Shown: positions 39,191-49,805 of the stretch, in pieces
How positions within the stretch are numbered: the stretch's first letter is position 1
Layout: every line of letters begins with the position of its first letter
DNA from: Deltaproteobacteria bacterium
GTDB taxonomy: Bacteria > Desulfobacterota > Binatia > UBA1149 > CAYXZP01
Direction of reading: 5' to 3'
Length of the DNA stretch: 64,000 nt
Assembly: GCA_046583365.1 (NCBI GenBank)
Contig: JAYGCL010000038.1
Location: 9,720-73,719, forward strand
Translations under genes and position numbers: made by a program
Notes under the pieces: model-generated
Told to the model about the DNA's origin: nothing
Seen by the model: the letters and a program-made list of their open reading frames with translations, nothing else
Database searches by the model: none

Positions 39191-41923
39191 TCAGTCACCG
39201 TCGGCAAGCGCGGCCTGGGCGGCGGCAAGGCGGGCAACCGGTATGCGGTAGGGCGAGCACGACACGTAGTCGAGCCCGCTACGGTGGAAGAAATGGATCG
39301 AACGTGGGTCGCCACCGTGTTCCCCACAGATGCCGAGTTTGATGTCCGGTCTGGTACGCCGCCCCCGCTCGACGGCGATCGTGATGAGTTGTCCCACCCC
39401 TTCGGTATCGAGGGTCAAGAAGGGGTCGTCTTCAAAAACGCCTTCTTCAATGTAAGTCGGCAGGAAACGCCCGGAGTCATCGCGCGAAAGGCCGAAACCC
39501 ATCTGCGTCAGGTCGTTGGTTCCAAACGAGAAGAAGTCGGCGTGGCGGGCCACCTCGTCTGCCGTAAGGGCAGCTCTGGGAATCTCAATCATGGTTCCAA
39601 CCTTGTACCCGATTCGTTTCTTACGTCGCGCAAATACCTGCTCGACTGCGTCTTCGACTACCTTGCGCAGTATTTTTAACTCCGTGGCCGTGGCTATCAG
39701 CGGGATCATGATCTCGGGGTCCACCTTTATGCCACGGGCCGACACCTGCAGGGCGGCTTCCATGATGGCGCGGGCCTGCATGGCATAGATCTCCGGGTAG
39801 GTAATGGCCAGCCGGCAGCCACGGTGGCCGAGCATGGGGTTAAATTCGTGCAGAAGGTTGCCGACCCGCTTGAGTTCGACGACATCAAGGCCGGATTTCT
39901 TCGCCACCGATTCATATTCTTTGTCGCTGTGGGGGAGAAACTCGTGCAGCGGCGGGTCGAGCAGGCGAACGGTCACCGGCAGCCCGTCCATGACCCGGAA
40001 AATACCGGCAAAATCCTTACGTTGGTAGGGCAGCAGTTTGGCCAGGGCCTTCTCGCGACCGCTCTTGTCGGTGGCCAGAATCATCTCGCGTACCACGTCG
40101 ATGCGGTCGCCTTCGAAAAACATGTGTTCGGTACGGCAGAGGCCTATGCCTTCGGCACCGAAAGTACGCGCCACTTTCGAGTCGCCCGGCGTGTCGGCGT
40201 TGGCCCGGACTTTGAGGTGTCGTACCTTGTCGGCCCAAACCATGAGAGTGGAGAAGTCTTTGGACATACGCGACCTGACGGTCGGTACCTGTCCGGTAAA
40301 CACCTCGCCGCTGGTCCCGTCTATTGTTATCCAGTCGCCGCGTTTTATGACCGTCCTACCGAAGGTTACGCTTTCGGCTTTGTAGTCGATGTGTGCGGCT
40401 TCACACCCCACCACGCAGCAGGTGCCCATACCCCGGGCTACCACTGCGGCGTGCGAAGTGCGTCCGCCGGTGGCAGTCAGTATGCCTTCGGCCGCGATCA
40501 TACCGGTGATGTCCTCGGGGGAGGTGGCCGACCTGACGAGGATGACCTTGTTGCCGGCCTCGACTTCGCTTACCGCGTCCTCGGCCGAGAAGACCACCCG
40601 TCCGGCCGCCGCTCCCGGCGAGGCTCCCAGGCCCTTGGCCAGCAGGGTCTTTGATGCCTTTGCGTCGATGGTGGGGTGGAGGAGCTGGTCTACCTGCTCG
40701 GATTCCACACGAACGAGCGCTTCGGCGCGGCTGATGCGGCGTTCGCCCACCATATCGACAGCGATTTTCACGGCCGCCGTTGCCGTGCGTTTGCCGTTAC
40801 GGGTCTGCAACATCCACAGTCGCCCGCGTTCGATGGTGAACTCAAGGTCCTGCATGTCGCGGTAATGGCGTTCCAACTTTGCAGCCGTACGGATGAGTTG
40901 GCGGTAACAGGTGGGCAGGACTTCTTCCAGCGAAGGGTAGGCACGGCGGCGGTCGGCGGCAGAGACCGAGTTTTCCCTGGCCCAGGCTTTGGAGGATTGC
41001 AGGGTTATCTGCTGGGGGGTACGGGTCCCGGCAACCACGTCTTCGCCCTGGGCGTTGACCAGAAACTCCCCGTAGAAGCGTTTTTCTCCGCTGGCCGGGT
41101 CGCGGGTAAAGGCCACGCCGGTGGCGCAGTCGCCTCCCATGTTGCCGAAAACCATGGCCTGGATGTTAACGGCCGTTCCCCAGTGGGAGGGTATGTTATT
41201 GAGCTTGCGGTAAACGATTGCCCGCTGGTTGTTCCAGGAGCGAAAGACGGCACCCACCGCCCCCCACAGTTGGGTCATAGGGTCTGTGGGGAAGGTCCGG
41301 CCGGTCTTGCGTTTTACCAGGGCCTTAAACTCACAGACCAGTTCCTTGAGGTCCTCGGTGCTGAGGTCGGTGTCGAGTTTTACTTTCAGCTTTTTCTTTT
41401 TCTTCTCGATGAGGGCTTCGAAGGGGTCTATTTCCTTGGCCGACTCCGGACCCATGTCCATAACTACGTCGCCGTACATCTGGATGAAGCGTCGGTAACT
41501 GTCCCAGGCAAAGCGCGGGTTGCCGCTGGCACTGGCCAGCGCCTCTACGGTCTGGTCGTTGAGACCGAGGTTCAACACCGTGTCCATCATGCCGGGCATT
41601 GAGGCCGGTGCCCCCGAGCGTACCGACACCAGGAGCGGGTCCTGGCGGTCGCCAAAGCGGCGCCCCATGACACTCTCGAGTTTGGCCAGGTGTCGGGCCA
41701 CCTCTTTGGCCAGACCGGCCGGGTAACGGTCGCGGGTTTTGTCGTAGAGTCCGCATACCTCGGTGGTGATCGTGAATCCCGGCGGTACCGGAAGTCCGAG
41801 GCCGGCCATCTCGGCCAGGTTTGCGCCTTTGCCGCCGAGAAGTTCTTTCATGGAGGCATTACCCTGGGCATTGCCATCGCCGAAGAAGTAGACAAATTTC
41901 TGTTTCTTGCGTCTTGCGGTCAA
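39191..41923 (-). CDS. ppdK: pyruvate, phosphate dikinase
   Basis: 910 aa; N-terminal ATP-grasp (GGKGANLAEM), central phospho-His domain (GGRTSHAAVVARGMG), C-terminal PEP-utilising TIM barrel. Confidence 0.9.
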   Translation of the reverse strand: MTARRKKQKFVYFFGDGNAQGNASMKELLGGKGANLAEMAGLGLPVPPGFTITTEVCGLYDKTRDRYPAGLAKEVARHLAKLESVMGRRFGDRQDPLLVSVRSGAPASMPGMMDTVLNLGLNDQTVEALASASGNPRFAWDSYRRFIQMYGDVVMDMGPESAKEIDPFEALIEKKKKKLKVKLDTDLSTEDLKELVCEFKALVKRKTGRTFPTDPMTQLWGAVGAVFRSWNNQRAIVYRKLNNIPSHWGTAVNIQAMVFGNMGGDCATGVAFTRDPASGEKRFYGEFLVNAQGEDVVAGTRTPQQITLQSSKAWARENSVSAADRRRAYPSLEEVLPTCYRQLIRTAAKLERHYRDMQDLEFTIERGRLWMLQTRNGKRTATAAVKIAVDMVGERRISRAEALVRVESEQVDQLLHPTIDAKASKTLLAKGLGASPGAAAGRVVFSAEDAVSEVEAGNKVILVRSATSPEDITGMIAAEGILTATGGRTSHAAVVARGMGTCCVVGCEAAHIDYKAESVTFGRTVIKRGDWITIDGTSGEVFTGQVPTVRSRMSKDFSTLMVWADKVRHLKVRANADTPGDSKVARTFGAEGIGLCRTEHMFFEGDRIDVVREMILATDKSGREKALAKLLPYQRKDFAGIFRVMDGLPVTVRLLDPPLHEFLPHSDKEYESVAKKSGLDVVELKRVGNLLHEFNPMLGHRGCRLAITYPEIYAMQARAIMEAALQVSARGIKVDPEIMIPLIATATELKILRKVVEDAVEQVFARRKKRIGYKVGTMIEIPRAALTADEVARHADFFSFGTNDLTQMGFGLSRDDSGRFLPTYIEEGVFEDDPFLTLDTEGVGQLITIAVERGRRTRPDIKLGICGEHGGDPRSIHFFHRSGLDYVSCSPYRIPVARLAAAQAALADGD

Positions 41924-43284
41924 TTTGAGGGCTCCAGGGGATGATTGGTGGTCGGCGGGGCTACCCGTTCGGCAACAACGGCGTACAGCTCATCTATAGG
42001 CAGGCGTTGTTGCTCCATGCTGTCACGGTCGCGCAGGGTCACGGTCGCATCTTCCAAGGTCTGGTAGTCAACGGTGACGGCCAGCGGGGTTCCTACCTCG
42101 TCGTTACGGCGGTAGCGCCGGCCGATAGAGCCGGCCGAATCGTAGATGGTGGCAAAGTGGGGTCTGAGTATTTCAACTATTTCGCCGGCTTTCTCCGGTA
42201 GCCCGCTTTTGCGCATCAGTGGCAACACGGCGACTTTTACCGGTGCCAGCGAGGGGTGGAATCTGAGTACGGTACGGCGGTCGTCTTCGGGGCCGTCCTC
42301 GTCGTAGGCATCAACGAGGAAAGCCAGCGTCGAACGGTCGGCACCGGCCGAAGGTTCTATCACATAGGGGATGTAGCGCTCGCGGCTCTGGTCGTCGAAG
42401 TAGCGCAGGTCCTTCGACGAGGCGTCCATGTGGGCCTTGAGGTCAAAGTCGGTACGGTTGGCGATGCCCTCGAGTTCCTGCCAGCCGATCGGGAACTCGT
42501 ATTCTATGTCGCCGCAACTCTTGGCGTAGTGGGCCAGTTCGTCGTCGGCGTGAGTCCGCAGCCTTAGTTTGGCGGGGTTTATGCCGTGGTCGGTATACCA
42601 GGCCATGCGCCGGGACTGCCAGTATTCGTACCAGGCGTCGTCCTGGCCGGGGGGAACAAAAAATTCGAGTTCCATCTGTTCAAACTCACGGGTCCGAAAG
42701 AGGAAATTGCCCGGGGTGATCTCGTTACGGAAAGCCTTGCCTATCTGGCCTATGCCGAAGGGGGGCTTCATGCGTGCGGAGTTAACGACGTTCTGAAAAT
42801 TGACGAAGATCCCCTGGGCCGTCTCAGGCCGCATGTATACTTCCGATGCCGTGTCTTCGACCGCTCCCATGTGGGTTTTGAACATGAGGTTGAATTGGCG
42901 GGCTTTGGTCAACTCGCCGCCACACTCGGGGCATTTATCGGTTTCTATGTGGTCGGCACGGAAGCGGCCCTTGCACGCCTTGCAGTCGACCATGGGGTCG
43001 TGAAAGTTTTTTACGTGCCCGGAGGCTTCCCACACGGCGGGGTGCATGAGAATCGAGCAATCCAGTCCCACAACGTCGGGCCGTGAGGAAACCATGTCGC
43101 GCCACCAGGCCTCTTTTACGTTGCGTTTGAGTTCGACCCCGAGGGGACCGTAGTCCCAACAGCTTCCCAGGCCCCCGTAGATTTCCGAGGACGGAAACAC
43201 GAAACCCCTGCGCTTGGAGAGGTTGACGATCTTTTCCATGGTTACGATTGTCTCGGACATCTGGAAACTCTTGTTTGCCGTCAC
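41920..43284 (-). CDS. glyQS: glycine--tRNA ligase (dimeric alpha2 type)
   Basis: Class II motifs (RRGFVFPSSEIYGGLGSCWDYGPLG, FRNEITPG); 454 aa; 4-nt overlap with ppdK. Confidence 0.9.
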   Translation of the reverse strand: MTANKSFQMSETIVTMEKIVNLSKRRGFVFPSSEIYGGLGSCWDYGPLGVELKRNVKEAWWRDMVSSRPDVVGLDCSILMHPAVWEASGHVKNFHDPMVDCKACKGRFRADHIETDKCPECGGELTKARQFNLMFKTHMGAVEDTASEVYMRPETAQGIFVNFQNVVNSARMKPPFGIGQIGKAFRNEITPGNFLFRTREFEQMELEFFVPPGQDDAWYEYWQSRRMAWYTDHGINPAKLRLRTHADDELAHYAKSCGDIEYEFPIGWQELEGIANRTDFDLKAHMDASSKDLRYFDDQSRERYIPYVIEPSAGADRSTLAFLVDAYDEDGPEDDRRTVLRFHPSLAPVKVAVLPLMRKSGLPEKAGEIVEILRPHFATIYDSAGSIGRRYRRNDEVGTPLAVTVDYQTLEDATVTLRDRDSMEQQRLPIDELYAVVAERVAPPTTNHPLEPSN

Positions 43285-43346
43285 CCTGCGAATAAGCGGG
43301 CACCAATATCCCGACGTCGGTACGCGTTCAACCGGGAGGCGGCCGT

Positions 43347-44144
43347 CTAGGCGCTTTCAGCCTGGTTCATCTCGGCGAGAAAGGTGCGGGCCTTAAGCGG
43401 CTTGGCCAGGTGGAGGTCGACGAGGCGTTCGAGCAGGAGGGTGGCGGCCTGACCGACCTCGGTTGTGGGTTGGGCCGGGACCTTAACGGCCGCCTCACAG
43501 AGGTAGGTCAGAAGTTCTGGGAAGATGATTCGCCGGCTGGGCCTGAAGGATGGGTCGTCGGCGACCAGGCCCTGACGTTCGGCTTCGTGGCCCGAGCACA
43601 CCAGGCCGTGGCCGTCGGGGTGGAGCAGGGGCCGGGTCTGTTCGGTTATAGCCTGCCCGCAGGTGGTACAGGAGGCGAGGTTCGGGGCCCAGCCGGCCTC
43701 TTCGAGCAGGCCGAGAATGAAGTGGTGGGCCAGAGGCTCGGGGCCGACTGTGCCGGCCCCGTCGGCCAGGCCGGCCATGGTGTGTTTGAAAAGATCGTAG
43801 AGGTCGGGGCAGGGGTCGTTTTCAGGGGTTACGGCATCGGTCAGTTCCAACAGGTAGCAGGCCCAGGCATAGACTTTCAAGTCTTCGGCCACCCGGCGGT
43901 GGCTTTGGGTCACCCGGCTTTCGTGGACAAAGGCCAGACTGCGTTGGGGTCGTTGGGACAGGCGTACGCGGATTTCCTGGAAGGGTTCGAGGGCACCGCC
44001 GGCAAAGCGACGGCGGGAGCGGCGGGCTCCCTTGGCGATTCCGCTTATCTTGCCCCGCTCTCGAGTCAGCAGGACGGTGATAACATCGGACTCGGAAAAG
44101 GGGCGGGTCCTCAGGACGAAGGCCTCTGTATGCAGTTCTTCCAT
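43347..44144 (-). CDS. recO: DNA repair protein RecO
   Basis: N-terminal OB fold (EAFVLRTRPFSESD) and C-terminal Zn-binding cysteines (CTTCG...C); sits upstream of glyQS as in many bacteria. Confidence 0.8.
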   Translation of the reverse strand: MEELHTEAFVLRTRPFSESDVITVLLTRERGKISGIAKGARRSRRRFAGGALEPFQEIRVRLSQRPQRSLAFVHESRVTQSHRRVAEDLKVYAWACYLLELTDAVTPENDPCPDLYDLFKHTMAGLADGAGTVGPEPLAHHFILGLLEEAGWAPNLASCTTCGQAITEQTRPLLHPDGHGLVCSGHEAERQGLVADDPSFRPSRRIIFPELLTYLCEAAVKVPAQPTTEVGQAATLLLERLVDLHLAKPLKARTFLAEMNQAESA

Positions 44145-44184
44145 GGCGCGGGCAGGCCCCTACTGTCTACCATGGTTTGAGGGT

Positions 44185-44213
44185 TGACAACCTGACATCG
44201 CGTTACTAAGTAC
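44185..44213 (+). promoter_or_regulatory. candidate sigma-70-type promoter for grpE (TTGACA-17-TAAGTA)
   Basis: Perfect -35 hexamer TTGACA at 44185-44190, 17-bp spacer, -10-like TAAGTA at 44208-44213, about 30 nt upstream of the grpE ATG. No CIRCE or clear sigma-32 element seen. Confidence 0.3.
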
Positions 44214-44243
44214 CGCTCGCTTGATCGTACCCCACAGAGGCCC

Positions 44244-44873
44244 ATGTCAGCTAAAAAGAGCAAAAAGAGCGAAAAGAGAAAGAACGGGCAGGAAACGGTA
44301 GACGCCGAGCTTGGCGATGCCACCACCGTAGCCGACCCCCAGTCCGAGGATGCCGCAAACGGCGGCTCCGATGGTGACCAGCCGGCAGTCTCGGCCGCCG
44401 AAGAGCTGGAGGCCGCCCGCAACGAGGCTGCCGAGAACTATGACCGCTTTGTCCGTAAGGTGGCCGAACTCGACAACGTCTTGAAACGTCACACCCGCGA
44501 CTTGAGCGAGCGGGCCCGTTACGCCGTCGAGCCTATGGCCCGCGACTTGTTGGCGGTCGTCGATGACCTTGAAAGGGCCCTGGGGCATGCCGACGACGGC
44601 CAGGGGGGCCTGGCCGAGGGCGTGGACCTGGTGCTCAAAGGCCTGTTGTCCCTGCTCGATGGCCACGGCGTAAAGCGCATTGAAACGGTTGGGGAGCGCT
44701 TTGACCCCTCCCGCCACCAGGCCGTGGCCACCGTGGAAACGGCTGAAGTCGAGGCCAACTCGGTGGTCGAGGAGCACCGTGCCGGCTACCTGCTGCACGA
44801 CCGTCTGTTGCGCCCGGCCATAGTGGTGGTGTCAAAAACCCCTAAAGACGGGCCAGAGGAGGCCGAAGGGTGA
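44244..44873 (+). CDS. grpE: nucleotide exchange factor GrpE
   Basis: Acidic N-terminus, coiled-coil RYAVEPMARDLLAVVDDLERAL and C-terminal beta-domain; precedes dnaK. Confidence 0.85.
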   Translation: MSAKKSKKSEKRKNGQETVDAELGDATTVADPQSEDAANGGSDGDQPAVSAAEELEAARNEAAENYDRFVRKVAELDNVLKRHTRDLSERARYAVEPMARDLLAVVDDLERALGHADDGQGGLAEGVDLVLKGLLSLLDGHGVKRIETVGERFDPSRHQAVATVETAEVEANSVVEEHRAGYLLHDRLLRPAIVVVSKTPKDGPEEAEG

Positions 44874-44955
44874 GATTTTTGACTTGCGCAAGGCCAATTT
44901 GTGATTACTCAACGTTCAGGAGCGAGGGCCGACCAACGGCCCCGGAGAAGGAAAC

Positions 44956-46896
44956 ATGGGAAAAGTTATCGGAATAGACTTAGGAACCACCAACTCTTGC
45001 GTCAGTGTACTCGAAGGGGGTAATGCGGAAGTAATACCCAACAGCGAGGGGGGCAGGACCACCCCTTCGGTAGTGGCTATGAGCGACAGCGGCGAGAGGC
45101 TGGTCGGACAGATAGCCCACCGCCAGGCCATCACCAACCCCGAGAATACGATCTTTGCCATCAAGCGCCTGATCGGGCGCCGCTACGATGACGCCGAGGT
45201 AGAGAATGCCGCCAAAGTTCTTCCTTACAAGTTGGTCAAAGGCGAAAAGGGTGCCGCCCATGTAACCCTGGGCGGACAGGATCGCAGCCCGGCCGAGATT
45301 TCCTCCTGGATTCTACAGAAGATGAAGCAGACGGCCGAGGACTACCTCGGCGAAGCGGTCACCCAGGCGGTGATTACGGTTCCCGCCTACTTCAACGACG
45401 GCCAGCGCCAAGCCACCAAGGATGCCGGTTCGGTGGCCGGTCTCGAAGTCCTGCGTATCATCAACGAGCCGACGGCCGCTTCTCTGGCCTACGGGTTGGA
45501 TAGAAAAGGCGACCACACCATTGCGGTCTTCGACCTGGGTGGAGGTACTTTCGACATTTCCATCCTTGAACTCGGCAGCGGGGTCTTCGAAGTAAAATCC
45601 ACCAATGGCGATACCTACCTCGGGGGTGAGGATTTCGACCAGGTGGTCATCGGCTACCTCTGCGACGAGTTTAAGAAGGACCAGGGCATCGACCTCCGCA
45701 CCGACAAGATGGCACTGCAGCGGCTCAAGGAAGCCGCCGAGAAGGCCAAGTGCGAGTTGTCGAGCGCCCAGGAAACCGACATCAACCTGCCGTTTGTGAC
45801 CGCCGACCAGAGCGGCCCCAAGCACCTCAACATGAAGCTTACCCGCTCCAAGCTTGAGGCCCTGTGTGCCGACCTGCTCGACCGCATAGATGGTCCCTGT
45901 CACACGGCGATCAGGGATGCTGGTGTGAGTCCGTCCGATATCGACGAGGTCATCCTGGTTGGCGGTATGACACGGATGCCGGCAGTGCAGGAACATGTGA
46001 AGAAGATTTTCGGTAAGGAGCCGAACAAGAGCGTAAACCCGGATGAAGTCGTGGCCCTGGGCGCGGCCATTCAGGGTGGTGTGCTGGCCGGTGACGTGAA
46101 AGACGTGTTGCTGCTCGACGTTACTCCGCTCTCGCTGGGTATCGAGACCCTCGGCGGCGTGTTCACAAAACTCATCGACAAAAACACGACGATTCCGAGC
46201 CAGAAGACGCAGACTTTCTCAACCGCCCAGGACAACCAGCCGGCAGTGACCATCAAGGTGTTTCAGGGCGAGCGCGAGATAGCCCTTCATAACAACCTGC
46301 TCGGTGAGTTTGACCTGACCGGTATTCCGTCGGCACCGCGGGGTATGCCGCAGATCGATGTAAGTTTTGACATCGACGCCGACGGTATCATGCACGTTTC
46401 TGCAAAGGACAAGGGAACGGGTACGGAGCAGTCCATAAAGATCACGTCCGACAGCGGCCTGTCGAAAGAAGAGATAGACCGCATGGTAAAGGATGCCGAG
46501 CTGCATGCCGAAGAGGACAAAGGCCGCCGCGACCTGGTGGATGTCCGCAACGGCTTGGACACTCTCATCTACCGTACCGAAAAGAGCGTGGCCGAATTGG
46601 GCAAAGACCTGGACGAGGCGGTTGGGGCCGAGGTGAAGGCGGCCATAGAGACGGCCAAGCCGGTGTTGGAGTCCGAGGACGTCGAGGCCATCAAGGCCGC
46701 ATGCGAAGAACTCGAAAAGAGTTCCCACAAACTGGCCGAGGCTCTCTACAAGAAAGCCGAGAGTGAACAGGCCGGTGCGGCCGCTGCCGCGGGTGCCAAC
46801 GGTGGGCAGGCCGAGGGTGCGGATACCGGCGGGGCCGGGCCAAAAGGCGATGAGGATGTTGTCGACGCGGATTTTGAGGAAGTGAAACCGTCTTGA
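44956..46896 (+). CDS. dnaK: molecular chaperone DnaK (Hsp70)
   Basis: [35 protein letters not shown] signatures; SD GGAGAAGGA upstream. Confidence 0.97.
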   Translation: MGKVIGIDLGTTNSCVSVLEGGNAEVIPNSEGGRTTPSVVAMSDSGERLVGQIAHRQAITNPENTIFAIKRLIGRRYDDAEVENAAKVLPYKLVKGEKGAAHVTLGGQDRSPAEISSWILQKMKQTAEDYLGEAVTQAVITVPAYFNDGQRQATKDAGSVAGLEVLRIINEPTAASLAYGLDRKGDHTIAVFDLGGGTFDISILELGSGVFEVKSTNGDTYLGGEDFDQVVIGYLCDEFKKDQGIDLRTDKMALQRLKEAAEKAKCELSSAQETDINLPFVTADQSGPKHLNMKLTRSKLEALCADLLDRIDGPCHTAIRDAGVSPSDIDEVILVGGMTRMPAVQEHVKKIFGKEPNKSVNPDEVVALGAAIQGGVLAGDVKDVLLLDVTPLSLGIETLGGVFTKLIDKNTTIPSQKTQTFSTAQDNQPAVTIKVFQGEREIALHNNLLGEFDLTGIPSAPRGMPQIDVSFDIDADGIMHVSAKDKGTGTEQSIKITSDSGLSKEEIDRMVKDAELHAEEDKGRRDLVDVRNGLDTLIYRTEKSVAELGKDLDEAVGAEVKAAIETAKPVLESEDVEAIKAACEELEKSSHKLAEALYKKAESEQAGAAAAAGANGGQAEGADTGGAGPKGDEDVVDADFEEVKPS

Positions 46897-46928
46897 CCGT
46901 AAGCCGGCGGTCTACGGGTTTTGGCGGC

Positions 46929-46961
46929 AGCCTCCACCAGCTTTTGCGGGTGGAGGCTTTT
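46929..46961 (+). terminator. stem-loop (10-bp stem, U-run) between dnaK and dnaJ; attenuator/terminator candidate
   Basis: AGCCTCCACC (46929-46938) pairs with GGTGGAGGCT (46949-46958), loop agcttttgcg, followed by TTT at 46959-46961. Confidence 0.45.
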
Positions 46962-47002
46962 GCCGTTCTAGGACCGGCCGTTGGCGGGACGGGTGAAACC
47001 AG

Positions 47003-48127
47003 GTGAGCAACCGCGATTACTACGAGATTCTGGGGGTCGGCCGCGAGGCCGGCCTCGACGAGATAAAGAAGGCCTACCGTAAGCTGGCGTTCAAGTACCA
47101 CCCCGACCGAAACCCTGAGGATAAGAACGGTGCCGAGACCCGTTTCAAGGAGGCCAGCGAGGCCTACCAGGTACTTTCTGATACTGACAAGCGCGGCCAG
47201 TACGACCGCTTCGGACATGCGGCCTTCGATGCCTCGCAAGGGTTCGGTGGTTTCGATTTTGGCAGTGGCGCTGACAGCGGTGTTTTTGAGGACGTACTGG
47301 GCGACCTGTTCGGCGATTTTTTCAGTGGCGGCCGTCGCCGCGGGCGTTCGCGGGGGGGAGTCGCCGGTGACGACCTTCGTTGTGACCTCAACATAACTTT
47401 TGAAGAAGCCGTAGGCGGCACCGAAAAGACCATCTCGGTACCGCGTACGGTAAAGTGCGAGGGTTGCCACGGCAGTGGTGCCAAGCCTGGAACCGAGTCC
47501 GAAACCTGTCCGGCCTGCCGGGGCGCGGGACAGGTGCGTTTCCAGCAAGGCTTCTTCCAGATCGCCAAGACCTGTGGTCAGTGTAACGGCGGCGGCAGCA
47601 TAATACGCACACCTTGTGTGACCTGTCGTGGGATGGGCACCACCCGCTCCATGCGCGAGCTTAAGGTCCGTGTGCCGGCCGGTGTGGATTACGGTTCGCG
47701 GCTGAAGCTGCGTGGAGAAGGTGAGGCCGGATACCGCGGGGGCCCCACCGGCGACCTGTACGTGGTTCTGGATGTCGGCCAACACCCCCTCTTCGTACGT
47801 GACGGCAGCCACATTGTTTGCGAACTGCCAGTAACCATGGTGCAGGCTGCTTTGGGTGCCAAGGTTGACGTGCCCACTCTTAGTGGTCTCGTCAAGATGA
47901 ACATTCCGGCGGGCACAGAGACCGGGCGTTTGTTCCGTTTGCGGGGCAAGGGGGTCAAAGGGCTCCGTGGCGGCAAGGGTGACCAGATTGTGCGCGTTAC
48001 GGTCGAGACCCCCAAGCACCTGACCAGGAAGCAGAAAGACATGCTCAAAAAGTTTGAGGAAAGTGCCACCAATGGGTCTTCGCTGGTTTCCGGGTTTGCC
48101 GAGAAAATCCGCGAACTGTTCGAGTAG
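47003..48127 (+). CDS. dnaJ: molecular chaperone DnaJ
   Basis: J domain (DYYEILGV...[16 protein letters not shown]), G/F region, four CxxCxGxG zinc-finger repeats. Confidence 0.95.
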   Translation: MSNRDYYEILGVGREAGLDEIKKAYRKLAFKYHPDRNPEDKNGAETRFKEASEAYQVLSDTDKRGQYDRFGHAAFDASQGFGGFDFGSGADSGVFEDVLGDLFGDFFSGGRRRGRSRGGVAGDDLRCDLNITFEEAVGGTEKTISVPRTVKCEGCHGSGAKPGTESETCPACRGAGQVRFQQGFFQIAKTCGQCNGGGSIIRTPCVTCRGMGTTRSMRELKVRVPAGVDYGSRLKLRGEGEAGYRGGPTGDLYVVLDVGQHPLFVRDGSHIVCELPVTMVQAALGAKVDVPTLSGLVKMNIPAGTETGRLFRLRGKGVKGLRGGKGDQIVRVTVETPKHLTRKQKDMLKKFEESATNGSSLVSGFAEKIRELFE

Positions 48128-48138
48128 AATACGTCGCC

Positions 48139-48840
48139 ATGGAATTTGATACCGAGGCCCTGCGCGAGTTTGTTGATGCCCAGATTGCTGCCCGTGGTCT
48201 GGTGGCCGAAGACCTCGGCATAGACTGGGACAAACTCCTGGGTGCGCTTGCCCACCCTCTTGCCGCCGAGGCTGTGGCCGAATCCATGGCCCGCGAACCG
48301 GACTCCGCGCAGGTAGGCCAGGACGCCCCGGACTTTACGCTCAGGAGGCTGGGCGATAGCGACGGCGAGCCGGTGTGTCTTGGCAGTCATTTTGGCCGCC
48401 GTCCGGTCGCCCTTGTCCTGGGCAGTTATACTTGACCGCCGTTTAGGGCCCAGGTCGGCGCCCTCAACGACACCTACCGTAAGTACCGGGACCAGGTTGA
48501 GTTCTACGTCGTCTATATCCGCGAGGTCCACCCCACCGATGGCTGGCAGGTCGACGACAACCAGCGCGACGGGGTGTTGTACCAGCAGCACCGCAACATC
48601 GAGGAGAGAATAGAGGTAGGGCAAACCTGTATGCTCGAGACTGGCCTGGAGATACCGGTTTTGGTCGACGAAATGGACAATGCCGTTGACCAGGCTTACA
48701 ACGGCAGCCCGGAACGCCTCGTGCTTGTGGGGCACGATGGCAAAATTGTTTTCAAGAGCGGTCCCGGACCGATGCTCTTTGTTCCCCGTGAGTGGGACCA
48801 GGCCATAGATGATTATCTTAAAGGCCAACGAGTGGCTTGA
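48139..48840 (+). CDS. candidate selenoprotein: deiodinase-like thioredoxin-fold protein with in-frame TGA (Sec) at 48433-48435
   Basis: ORFs 48139-48435 and 48574-48840 are in the same frame and separated by a single TGA. Read-through gives ...PVALVLGSYT-U-PPFRAQVGALNDTYRKYRDQVEFYVVYIREVHPTDGW..., closely resembling the iodothyronine-deiodinase active-site block GSCTUPPF...YIEEAHPSDGW. A hairpin with GGUC in its loop starts 9 nt after the TGA. Confidence 0.55.
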
Positions 48841-49805
48841 GTATTAACGGCGAGTTCGCCCTCATCGCAGCTATACGTCGGCTTGCCGACGGTTTGCCGG
48901 CAAGCGGCGTAGCCGTGGGTATCGGCGACGACGCGGCGTTGGTTCGCACTTCGGGTGCTACCTTGCTTAGCGTTGATGCGTTGATAGAGGGCGTGCATTT
49001 TCGCTCGGCCTGGCTGTCGCCGCGGGCTTTGGGACGGCGGGCCTTTCGCGTGGCGGTCTCCGATATCGCGGCCATGGGCGGCAAGCCGCGCCATGCCTTG
49101 CTGTCTCTGGCCTTTCCTAAAACCTATCCGGCCTCTGCCGTGCAATCCCTGGCCGACGGATTGTTGGCCGAGGCCGCAGCGGTCGGGGTTGCCGTGGTGG
49201 GCGGCAACCTGAGCCGGGCCCGGGCCCTTGCGATAAACGTCACTATAAGCGGGCAGGCCGCGGCCCGGTCTCTTACCCGCGCCCGGGCGAAGGTCGGCCA
49301 GGCGGTGTTCGTGACCGGAACCCTCGGCGATGCTGCGGCCGGGGTGGAACAACTCGGCAAGGGTAAGAGGCGGGGCCGGCTGGTGGAAGGTTACCGTTTG
49401 CCCCCGTTGCGTATCGACGTGGGCCGGGCCCTGGCCGCAAGGCCCGGGGTGGGTGCCGCCATCGACGTATCCGACGGCCTGGTGGCCGACCTCGCGCATA
49501 TATGCCGGGCCTCGTCGGTGGCCATAGGCCTGGACACGGCGGCAGTACCGGTCTCGACGGCCCTTGCCCGCTATGCCGGGAGCAGAGAGGCCCTCTCTTA
49601 CGCCCTGGCAGGCGGCGACGATTATGAGCTGGCATTTACCGCCCGGCCCCAGGAGGCCGCGGCCCTGGCCCGGATCTGCAAACGCCTGGGCTGCCGGTTG
49701 AGCCGTATCGGCAGCGTTGAAAAAGGCCGCCCCTCGGTGTTCGATCAAGACGGCTTGCGCCTGGACGGCGAGGGCCGCGGTGGCCACGACCATTTCGCGA
49801 TATGA
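48837..49805 (+). CDS. thiL: thiamine-monophosphate kinase
   Basis: AIR-synthase-related fold with GEFALIAAI...GIGDDAALV N-terminus typical of ThiL. Lacks the Cys/Sec-Gly-Cys-Lys N-terminal motif of SelD, so not called selenophosphate synthetase. Confidence 0.65.
   Translation: MSINGEFALIAAIRRLADGLPASGVAVGIGDDAALVRTSGATLLSVDALIEGVHFRSAWLSPRALGRRAFRVAVSDIAAMGGKPRHALLSLAFPKTYPASAVQSLADGLLAEAAAVGVAVVGGNLSRARALAINVTISGQAAARSLTRARAKVGQAVFVTGTLGDAAAGVEQLGKGKRRGRLVEGYRLPPLRIDVGRALAARPGVGAAIDVSDGLVADLAHICRASSVAIGLDTAAVPVSTALARYAGSREALSYALAGGDDYELAFTARPQEAAALARICKRLGCRLSRIGSVEKGRPSVFDQDGLRLDGEGRGGHDHFAI

Noticed and set aside
44145-44955. CIRCE (HrcA) or sigma-32 heat-shock promoter elements upstream of grpE/dnaK
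   Set aside because: No TTAGCACTC-N9-GAGTGCTAA inverted repeat and no CTTGAAA-N13-15-CCCCAT arrangement. Only a sigma-70-like TTGACA-17-TAAGTA was seen.
48837-49805. Possibility that the gene next to the TGA-containing ORF is selD (selenophosphate synthetase)
   Set aside because: The N-terminus lacks the Cys/Sec-Gly-Cys-Lys motif of SelD and instead has the GEFALIA...GIGDDAALV start typical of ThiL; both share the AIR-synthase fold.
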